A program made the translations under genes and the position numbers. A stretch of 63,086 nucleotides of DNA, counting the filler, from Choristocarpus tenellus KU-1152 (Eukaryota; Protista; Phaeophyceae): assembly GCA_964200185.2 (NCBI GenBank). It is 12 parts of 12 records of this genome, joined end to end, with 100 filler letters (N's around TTAATTAATTAA, not from the genome) between each part and the next. Parts side by side here need not be neighbours in the genome. Positions count along the whole stretch, not along the records: positions 36,704 to 43,780 come from CAXNAD020006744.1; positions 43,881 to 51,557 come from CAXNAD020005771.1; 10 more parts are not named here. The stretch is one strand, 5' to 3'. This document shows positions 37,120 through 47,595 of the stretch, one piece after another. Positions within the stretch are counted from its first letter, which is position 1, and every line of letters begins with the position of its first letter. The notes under the pieces were generated by a model that did not search any database, was not told the origin of the DNA, and saw only the letters and a list, made by a program, of their open reading frames with translations.

Positions 37120-39516
37120 CTGCATGACCCTGTTTGTCATCCACTCTCTCCACGCCAATGCCAGCTTTTCCCGCTGGTAGCGATAGAAGACAGTTACGGG
37201 AACGCCAGCTGCAAGTGCTCCTAGGAACCTGGCAGGAGGATATTTGGATGGGGAGGAGGAAGCATCAAGGAAACCATTAACGCTGCTCTGTTTGCTCTGA
37301 ACATTACTTGGATACCGAATATAACATGTCAATTAAGGCAGTGGACTTTGCTCCACATTCAGGGCTCGTGTGTTACCAAGGCTATGAGGCACAGGTCACG
37401 ACCACTGGGTGCATTGGGCTCTTGAGGATGTTAGTCCTGTTGTTGGGTTGTGGTCCAAAGTGAGGTGGTATAACCCTAACCCTAACACTGAAACAACGAT
37501 TACAACAGGCATTTTTTTTTAATTTCTACCAGCAAGGTTCACTCTCTTGAGCATTTTGGAGAGTCCGACAAGTGGACGTACCTCAAGTATGTGTTAATGA
37601 CCTCAGGGAATAAATATTCTCAGATGCTTGACAGCCCAACCCTAACCCTATGTACATTGTAGACGCATGGCACCGTATTTGATAGCACAGATTTTTCTTG
37701 CAGGGGAATTGACTTTGATGGGAGGTTTCGGTGCTAAACCACAAGGCATGCAACAAGAGATCTAGATTGTAGTGGCCAAGGTTCAGTGTGGAGTAAGCAA
37801 CGGATTAAAGGGATTCAAGGGAGGAGGGGGGGGGGGAGGGGGAGCGACGAGTGGTGGGACGGATTAACCCGGCAAGGAAGATAAATTAATACATGCACGG
37901 ACAGGGTGGTTAAAAATTAATAGATGTTCAGAAGGTTAGGGTTAGGGTAGAAGGAGCTGTGCTGTGTGCGTTGCCATCTGACCACGGGTCAAGGAGGGTA
38001 ATGTGGGTAGGTTGGAGATAGTGCAGGAGTTCCAGACTAAAACGAGCAACTAATAACAAGAAGAAATAAGATTTTTTTTTGTGGTGCTACGAATTACGGG
38101 TTGTTTTCTCCATGTGTAGCCTGCCTGCAGCTATTGACTCGTCTGCTCCCATGCCTCACCTTTGTCTGGAACAGCAATCCAACATTTTATGCTGCAAGTA
38201 CACAAGGCAGCCGTTTAGTTGATTTCAATATGCCCGATTAAGGTTCACTCGACACCCATCTACTATATCATACGCAAGAGGTTCCTGGCTGAACTTTAAC
38301 TTAGGACTTTGGGCATCACCAAACATATGCCATGCACAATTGTCAAAAATCAAATCTTGTGCTTACTGTGAATAGTCAATAGGCTGGCAGTGAGCAAGGC
38401 GACAACATAGGCAATCAAAGTAGCCACACATATTACCAACTCGACTGCTTTTTCAAGAGGAATTGGACACTCGTTACGTAACATCGAATCACATGGAATC
38501 AGCAATGTCATCTAAGGCAAAAATGTGGACGGAAAATCATTGTCTCTTTAAGCCGACAAGAAGACTCCATTGATATCCCGAGGACTATACTAGCTTTCAA
38601 CCTCACTTCCCTCCATCATTCTATAACCCCCACCGGAAAGTTCTCCATTGTGCATGTCACCCCCAGCTACCTTTGCAGCATGATGTTGAATTGCTCTGGG
38701 TCTTTATTAGAGAGGGCAGTCCAGAAGTCCCTCCCGATATAAGAGAATGCCACGGAAACCCCACTGTTTAGCAATGTAAGGGCGACCACTCCCCCAAGCA
38801 GCCACTTTGAAGAGTCGTCTTCCTACAGGAGAGGACCGAGTTGAACATCATCCAAGAAAACGGAGCCACCCGGTCGACAGCAATGAAAGAAGCAAGGTTG
38901 GCGATCGTGCGTCGTATGAGATGGGACATGGAAACCTCCAATCATCTGTAAAAGCAAAGGCTATGATATCCTCGAGTCTTGAGAGTTTGGCATGTGCATC
39001 TAATCTAAGTGGTCTTACGCCACAACACAGGTATCAACCAGTCTGGAAACGGAACGTTCTCACTGCTACTTGGTCTTAGGAAACTTCAGGAAATGAAAGA
39101 TAAGGCCTCGCCTTAAAGAAGGGGACAGACATGTCCCAGAACAGGCGGAGTTGTTTCTCAAGTCCAAAGTACTTCCCACTTAGCGAGACAGGTTCGTTGT
39201 CAATGTCTTCAACCAAGACGGGACCGACAGCGCTATCCATTATCCCACTCTCGTCTCCTCCATCCACCAGTGATGAATGGAAGGATCGAGATCTACACCG
39301 ACAATGCAAGGAGGGTTCGAAACAGAGAATTTCGCTGCGATTTGGCAGGGGATTCGACTCGCGAGCTAGCCGAGAACCTGGTGCAAGGAAGAGATGGTTG
39401 GGAAAGGTCGATCGAACCAAGGCTTTCGGCATGACCCAGGCCTCACAGCCAGGAGGATAACCTACTAAACCTAATACAAAGAGCATGCCCGCTAGAGAAG
39501 TACGCCCAATCTCCAT
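37120..39516 (-). CDS. 5' exons of a plastid-targeted ABC transporter, subfamily D (exons 39516-39112, 38822-38671, 37228-37120; gene continues beyond the contig)
   Basis: Signal peptide plus EA-W transit leader, then LFWDMSVPFFK|EDDSSKWLLGGVVALTLLNSGVSVAFSYIGRDFWTALSNKDPEQF..R|FLGALAAGVPVTVFYRYQREKLALAWREWMT. Exon phases are consistent; resembles plant chloroplast ABCD2. Confidence 0.88.
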
Positions 39517-39886
39517 TATCGAGTGCTTTACCAACACAGAGATAGTTCAAATCCTGAGTAAGGAAGGTTGATAGTGTTGGTTGTCAAGAATAAAAATAAT
39601 TTATTGTTGTACAAATAAATATCACAATCACAACACAGTTCTAGTTAGTGGTCAATCTACGCGAGCACAGCAGTCTCTCTACCAGCACATCCCGTCAAGG
39701 CGCTGCACCAATCAACATTGGGACTAATACTGTGATTGGAATCTCTTGAAAAGGTAAGTTTTATCCCCAAAGCTGAAGTGCTTGTTCATGTGTTTTTTCC
39801 TAAAATCCGTGTTCGATTCGGTGTGGGTCATCCTGATGGGATCCCTTCTACTACTAGTATAACAGTCATTCTCGTCTCCATATCTC

Positions 39887-42800
39887 ATGCAACCTAGGAC
39901 CCGATACAGAAGGTTAGGTACGAGAGGAATGAAACCCCCTCTCCCGTTAAAGCGTCCTAGTACCCGCAGTCTTCTCCGGCCGTTGTCTGAAGGAATCGGC
40001 AGTGGAGTGGAGCATCTGGCTAGGCAAGCATCGGCAGGGAGGAATGATTTAGGGGGACGGGGCTGGTCTGTGAGGTTCCAAGATGGAATCGTTGATAGAA
40101 CGTCCTCTTGTACATCGAGGGGAGTGGTGGAATCGATGCCTCCATCTTCCCTCGAGACGAAAGCCAACGAGACCCTTCGCGCATTGTGTGTTGATAAGGT
40201 GACCAGGGAGCAGCCTCACCTAGTTGACGAGGGAAGCGGAAATAGAACGGGGAAGGAGAAGTTGACGATTTCCCAGCACAATGCGAATCATCTCACAGAA
40301 ACAGAAGCCCGAGCTGCAGAGTGCGTTGGACAATTTTGGTCTGAAGACAACGGGCCTAAAGGAAGATCTCCGAGTGCGACTTGGAAGAAAGATATGCGAC
40401 TTCCTTCTATTGGGTGAGACCGTGCAAGGTAATATTATCCGGATGCAAAACCCACAAACAAGCGACATGGCGAATGATGACATCGACAACGAAACACAAG
40501 GATTCCAAGACAGGGAACCCACCTGCGGGGTGGAAGCTTCCAGCTTTGTAGTGCATACAACTAGTAGTAAAGGATCGAAGTCCACGGTTCCTGCAACAAG
40601 GATACGGAAACGCGTAGTGCCGGACAATGAGAAAGGTGATGCCGTCAGTTGCAGAGAAGATCAGTTGATGGGAGGGACTGATCCTGATGTGACCTTCGAT
40701 GGTATACCCATCGAAAGCATGACCATAGTAGCATTGACCAAGCATGTCAGAGCACTGGGGATAAAGGCAGCGGGGAAGAGGAAGGCTGATCTCCTACTCA
40801 GCCTGAGGCGGTCATTAGCAGTGACAGGACAAGCAAGAATGTGAACAAGGAGCCAGAGGCAACTGGGGGAAACACTGGTGGTGGGGGGGTGGGTGGTTGT
40901 GCTGGTAATGGCATCAGAACAAAAACAAATCGCAAAGATATTCCCAGTGAGGCAACGCCACCTGAAAAGAGGGTACATATTACTCAAAGAATGGGAGCCC
41001 AAGGCGGAGGACATGGCACCACCAGCATGGGTGGGGAAAGAGCTAAGATTCAGAAAGATTCAGAGGATGGGACAAGATAGTGGCTCAAACCCCTGTAAGG
41101 GTGACGTTGCCTGTCAAGGATATGCAGAGTGTGGTCGCAGTAGCTCACAGCCAAGGCGAGGGCGGTTGAAGAATCGGGGATACAGCCCTTCACTTGAGCT
41201 TGTGAATGGTCTCAGTGGGCTGGACAGGCGTGATGATTTGAGTCATGAGCATATCATCCATACCTCTAGAGTTGTGAGGAGGCTGGATTTGCTGATTCCT
41301 TAGTTGAAGAAGGCCAAGGGGGAGGCTCTGTTGACCAGATTAGGGGCAGGCTAAATTCTCTAGAGACTCCCACAGAGATGGAGGGTGAGGGGGGAAAAGG
41401 TGATGGCAGTGAACCTGGGTAGAACGGGTTTGACTGTGTTGGAGGCAGTAGTGACAATGAGGGGGACACTTGTGACAATGAGGGGGAAAAGGGCGACGGA
41501 AGTGGTGGGGATGGGAAGGACACTGATGAAGAAGGAGAGCAGGAGGATGAGGTGATGGCTGATGGGACCAATAGAGAAGATGTGGTCATGGGTAAGGAGG
41601 AGGAAAGTACATCTGAACTGACTCTGATGAAGGTATCGTGGGGTTGGGGGAGGTGTCACAAGATGGCTTCAACAATGAGGAGAATGGGGACAAGAATACC
41701 ACAATGGAGGTCAAGGAGGACGAAGAGGAGTTCATTGAGGTTAGGAAGGCGAGTGAGGAGGTGGATATGGCTGAAGATTTGACTGTGGAGGAAGAAGAGG
41801 AAGGTAGTGTTGGGCATGGAACTGCATTATCAGAGCAGGAGGTATCAGATGTCAATGGTGGCAGCCCTGAAGGAGACTACAACTACAACAAGTCGCAGCA
41901 TGGTTGTTGGAGGAGGACAACGAGGAAATCTCTATCCAAGAGAATGAAGTGGGTGAAGTTCGGGTGGTGGAGAGGGGTTAGGGTTAGGGTTTGGGCGTTT
42001 CATTGGGGGAGGAGGGAGTTGACCAGACTCTAGCGATGGAGGAAGATGAAGGGAGCTGGTTGGTGCAGGATGTCAAGGAGGAGGAGGAGGAAGGGGCTGA
42101 AAGTATGGTGGACAATGAGAGCTGGTCTGCACAAGAGGTAGGGTACCAGACTTTGACAAGTGGGGTTGGGGGTGATAAGGGTGCAGTGTTGAAGGAGGTG
42201 GTGGAGTACCAAGTCGAGGCAAGGGAGGAGGGCAGTGAGTGCAACAAGTCTGTAGAAGAGGATGAGGAGGAAATGGAGGAAGAAGACCAAACTATTTTGA
42301 TGGAGGAAGAGGAAGAGGGCAGTCAATCTGACTTGGGAATTGCTATTCTTGATGAGATAGAGGAGAATGGTGGTGCAAAAATGGAGAACTACTGGAGGCA
42401 AGCAGAGTTACTCTTTGCTGCTGATGCTGAGGATGATCGAGAGCTGAAGGCCACTTTCACAACAGCTGATAGCACTATCCCAGTGACTCCCCTAGAGGGC
42501 ACCACTGCACTTGATGCTGATGACGTTGATGGGGAGGAGATCCCGGCTGTGCAAGCAGAGGAAATTTCAGAGGGTGGGGTGGAGGAGGAGAGTTCCTGTT
42601 ATGGTGGGACGAGAGATGGGGTAAAGAAGTGTGTTGAAGAGTCATTTATCTCCACTGTTGAAATATGAATGTGGTTGGTGAAGTGGGGAACCCCAGTGAT
42701 GTTAAGATTGAGTCAATTGAGGGTGTTTCGGAAAACCTATCATGCGGTAATCATGTGGGATTGAACACTGAGTGAGTGTAAGGGAGCGGGTGATGATAAG

Positions 42801-43469
42801 GGAAATCTACTCTAAAGTTACTGAGAGATATAGGTACTTGATGGAGGGGCGAGGGGGGGGGGCAGAGGAAAACAGGATGAATGTGAGGAGGAAGATGCCG
42901 CAGAGGATGGGAGCTAGAGATTAAGACTTGATGATGGGGAGATGCAGCTTTCCGGTGAATATGCCCTTGAAGAGGACTATGGAGAGGACAGGATTTGGGA
43001 TTCGCAACTCAGTGAAGGCTTCAGAGAAAGCCTGAGAGACTCAGAGGAGGATGAAGATCCAGAACTGGATGTTCATGACAAAGAATCAAATGAGAGGGAA
43101 GACTTGGAGGGGATTGATCACAAGCGCAGCCTATCAATTCACTCTGAAGAGGAGGACGAGGAATATAATAGGGGAGAGTCCAGCAGTCACATTGGGAGGA
43201 AACAGGAGGGTGTGAATGTGAGCAGTGATGATGAATACATCAAAGATGGGCCTGTGGAAGATGGGTGCTGGAAGGGAGAGGGTGGAGGGTTGGGGCATGG
43301 AGACTTGGATGTGCACAATAGCAACCGGGGAGATGCATCAGAAGCTAATCAGAGGTCAGAAGAGGATGAAACTGTCACAGTTGCTGCTTCTCAGGGGGAA
43401 CGGGGAATGGAAGGCAGTGCTCCTACAGATGCCATTGATGTGACGGACTCTGACAACCAGTTGACGTAG
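39887..43469 (+). pseudogene. Decayed gene for a large SAP-domain protein with a long acidic tail
   Basis: SAP-like KPELQSALDNFGLKTTGLKEDLRVRL and MTIVALTKHVRALGIKAAGKRKADLLLSL, then about 2.5 kb of E/D/G-rich frames broken by many frameshifts and stops. Confidence 0.65.
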
Positions 43470-43759
43470 ATAAACCTGTAAGATTACAAGCAATGGTTGC
43501 TTTTCCAAGGCGCTGTTGGTGCTTTGGCATTACTTCCACCTTCATGGTGCAGATCAAACGGTACACAAATCAAATGCGATGGTATTGGCTACCTTTGCCG
43601 TGTTTAATGCAAAGTTGCATGGATACAGATCTGCATCTCTTTTTCACACTCTCGGTTGTAGGATGGATGATGGATGATGGATGTACTTTTTAAACACATG
43701 ACATCAGTACTAGTTCTGCCACCGGGATTTTTTGGGGAGGGCTTCTTTGCAGCAATGGA

Positions 43760-43780
43760 GAGTTAAAGTATCTGGGGGGG
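43760..43780. mobile_element. Family-A MITE terminus at contig end
   Basis: GAGTTAAAGTATCTGGGGGGG. Confidence 0.7.
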
Positions 43781-43880
43781 NNNNNNNNNNNNNNNNNNNN
43801 NNNNNNNNNNNNNNNNNNNNNNNNTTAATTAATTAANNNNNNNNNNNNNNNNNNNNNNNNNNNNNNNNNNNNNNNNNNNN

Positions 43881-43902
43881 CCCCCCCAAGATACTTTGAG
43901 CC
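43881..43902. mobile_element. Family-A MITE terminus at contig start
   Basis: CCCCCCCAAGATACTTTGAGCC. Confidence 0.75.
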
Positions 43903-45089
43903 AGTAATGTAATGGAACATTCTATTTCAGGTGACGAAAAAAAGCATATATACTCTATTAGTGGGGGAAGCGAGACTTAATCCTAACGAAACACACACGC
44001 AGATGTCTGTTTTCTTTCCCTTCTTTCTTTGTGGACAGGATATACTCACAGCAAAGGCACAGTTATCGAGAGGTACACAGGCTCTTGCTGTTTTTCATTT
44101 TAAGCCAATTTTTCGCTCTTCTGCAATTCGCCAAATATTTTTCTTTGCATGAAATGCTAAGTTTGACGTGAAGAGTGATTTCTCTAATGTTTGAGACTTC
44201 TTGAGAGAATTCAGTAAAATATCCTATATACGCATTTGTAAAAAGAGCAGAGTTTTTACATATTTGCAGGCATCCTTAAAATGCAACTCTGGGTGCCTCT
44301 CGTTTACATTAATTCAACAAAACTACACTTAACAGTCCAATGGCCACAGCAGCAATAATAGGTCACATGTGCCACCGTCCCCTAATCCTGACACATTCGA
44401 CCCCTAGCCATAAAACTTTCACTACTCCTCCTGCGCTACCTTGGTACACACTTGGTCACTCATTGTTGCCTTGGAATTCAGCAAGACTTTAAGTGGCGCA
44501 GGGCACACTTGAGGACAGGACCTTGACCGTGTATACCCTCAACCCTAACCCTAGATCATGACTGAGGGGTACGGATTGAAGGGAGCTTACAATGTTTCTG
44601 TCCCTGCTATTTTCTTCTTTGCAGAGTCGAACTTATTTTTCTCCCTGCATTTCAACACACAGCAATGATTGAGTAGCCTGGTGTCGAAAAGTTCAGATGT
44701 AGGCAGGGAGAGTAGGCAGGCAGGCTCCTTATAGGAAAGGAGGTCCTGAACTGTCTGTCCAGGGGCTTTTCTGGAGAGGACAACCTCACTGCCTGCTGTG
44801 CACAAAATACCTACCACCTTGACCTTAACTATCACCATCAAGAAGCTGAGGGTTAGCAACAAAAAGGACAAAGGTAGGGACAGAGAGTGAATAGTGCAGC
44901 GATACTAAAGAAGCTGATGTTCCCAAGACTTGTGTATGTAAATGACTTAATCCCTTGATGTGTTGAACAGGTTGTAGATGAAGTAAGGAAGGATGAAGGA
45001 GGAGTGACCTTTCAAGACCATAGGAGGGGAGCCCTTGTCACCAAATCAATCCTGTTCTATAGTGTTGGCAGTCACCTCTAGGATGAGAC

Positions 45090-45395
45090 CAGTCTTGATT
45101 TTTTTGAAAGGGTTGCCCAACGAGCTAAACGATGATGAGCTTATCAAATGAATGCTCTGGATCTAAGGTATTACTGGTGCAAAGGAATTTTTTTAGAAGC
45201 TTTTTGGTAAGGCTAAATTTCAACCGAATGTTTTTGGTACAACCTTGAAAATATTCCGGAATGAATCATCACGACCAAATATATTTTTCCCAAAGAATGC
45301 CTTTGCACCAGTAATACCTTAGATCCAGAGCTTTCAATTGATATGCTCATCGTCGATTAACTCATTGGGTAACCTTTTCAAGAAAATTAAGATTG
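45090..45395. mobile_element. Foldback element / MITE with about 100-bp inverted arms
   Basis: 45154-45185 is the exact reverse complement of 45300-45331 (32 bp); imperfect pairing extends to 45090/45395. Confidence 0.85.
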
Positions 45396-46729
45396 ATAAC
45401 CGCCAAAACGGTATGTGGGCTAGCCTCGGCTTGATACTCTTTAAGCCACACACAGGACACTATTCTCGTTGAGCGTCTTGGAGGACACTGGTTGATGCTT
45501 CCAAAGTACCACTGTGAAATGAGCCTGATAGAGATGGTCTGGGGGTGGGCGAGGCACTATGTATGAAGCCACTGTGACTACACATTGCCTGGAATGAGAG
45601 CCAACATTCCTGTCAGTCGTAAGGTGGAAGGGAGGCTGTCCAGGGTAATTGTAGCGACGTTCTTCAGCTTGAGCATTGCTTACCACCTGATATATTCAAA
45701 CGAGAAAGGCAAGGAGTGCACCAAATTGGACAGGGTATACAAGACATTTAAGTCTCGCAGGAGGCCTGCACCTTCAGAATGCCTCATTTGACTTGGAATG
45801 TATTGTCTGGTTCAGAGGCCTGGGTCCCCATAGATGAGCCTTACCCAGCAGGTGACAACATCGCATAAACGGGAAATAATGGAAAGACATTGGAGAGACA
45901 ACAACGCCCATATTCTCGGGGTGAAGATGACCTCTTCAGGTGTCAAAATCATCCCTTAAACGAGCGTTTCGCTCGCGCCGCGTGGCACCCCCGTGTGAAC
46001 AGTGCACGCGGATTACTTTATTTAAGTATGGTCCTGTATTTCTCACAATTACCGCAGGTTGGCCAAACGAGACCCATCAAATAAGGTCAAAGCATGCTGA
46101 TGTTGTGATAAAAACAAATGAATTTTCATGAAAAAAATCGTTGTTGATCAAAAGTTATTGCACGACAAAGTTGATGCAGGAGGCGACTGCCAACAGTGTA
46201 TGGTGGAAGTATCCCACACAAGTACTCCCTCCTATGGACTATTTGTCATGTCCCGAACAATCACTGTCAAGAAACCAACGTTCTTCGAATTTCACAAGAC
46301 TCCCATCGTCGTTTGCCGAGGAGAATCCTCCAAGCTACATTAGTGTACGATCCTCTTGGTATTCTCCGTCGCCAGCTTCATCAGTGATGCTATTATCACT
46401 TCTATGCTTTCCTATAACATTGAGAGAAAAAAAAATCCGTACAGAGGATGTTGGACTACGGATAGAAGTTTGGGGTTAGGGGTAAGAAAAGAAGGGGGGG
46501 GGATCTGACGATGGTTGTCGAGGTACAAATATCCACCGCTTCACGTCTCTAGCCCGCTCGATAGCTACAATTTTATCCGTTTAATTAGAACAAGTGGAGT
46601 TCCCCGTTCTCATACGATCCATTGCCGTACCGTCTTGTCCAATTTGTTCGAGAATATAATTGGAAGTAGGCCATATCTTACCTGGAATAGGAGAACAGAC
46701 TCAGTGAGAAACAGAAGTGTGATTGCCGT

Positions 46730-46900
46730 GTCGAGTTGAAGACGCAAACCACGTGCCTTGGGCATTATCGTATAATTATTCAGACATTCCAGGCTTTGGG
46801 TCAGAGCTATGAGCAGACTCACAACTGTGTTTACCTTGGGGGCACATTCAGTGATGAAGTCGATATCACCACCAATATGAGCCGACGGGTAATAAATGGG
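46730..46900 (+). mobile_element. RTE-like LINE RT fragment
   Basis: KTQTTCL..GQSYEQTHNCVYLGGTFSDEVDI aligns with KIETTCL..DQTYGQT..FIFLGEIINDEVNI of the LINE at 34354-35790. Confidence 0.7.
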
Positions 46901-47339
46901 CTCTCTGGGGCTTGTTCTGTTAGATACCTCCCCACGAGACCTGTGCTCAACACAACGCGCTGGTATGGGACAGTTTGACTTGGTGTGAATATATGCATAT
47001 TGGGTTACAAGCGGCTTGTGGTCTCATTTTAAGGCTGGCTGACTAAAACAGGGGGCGGCGAGACACATGGCCTTGTCCTATAATGGGGGGTTTGTGATAA
47101 TCCACACTATTTGCTTTGTACATACTACATAGGTATTGCACTGTTATTCAGTTCTCTATGCACTAAGCTTTGTACGGTCAGCGTACTGGGAAGGAACAAA
47201 ACGCTGACCACAGAACATCCAATGAAGGAACACACCTCTCATCTATCTATCTGGTATACGATGGGACACATCAGATACACAAATAGATTGTCCAGCAGCA
47301 CGGCATTCCGTCTGCAAATCCCTCACTCGCTGAATCCGC

Positions 47340-47595
47340 CTCCCCTTCCTGAATGCGATCACATGGTTGAAAAGAAGGGCGACCTTGTGGGGTGTCTTCT
47401 TATTGCTTGTTTTATTATTATTTGTGGCTCAGACGTAAGTCAACGGTTGTGTCTGAGAAGTTTAATAGCAATACCAAACCCCATACGTAATCCGGGTGTA
47501 CTATCTCATTAGTTACATCACATGGACTCAACCCAATGCCATAATCTCACATGCACAAAACGGGGTACACCCTACGATTGTCCTATTTTTGCACA
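47340..47595 (-). mobile_element. Partial LTR (family of 5274-5592)
   Basis: Reverse-complement match to about 5274-5520; homology stops at TTTTGCACA. Confidence 0.8.
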
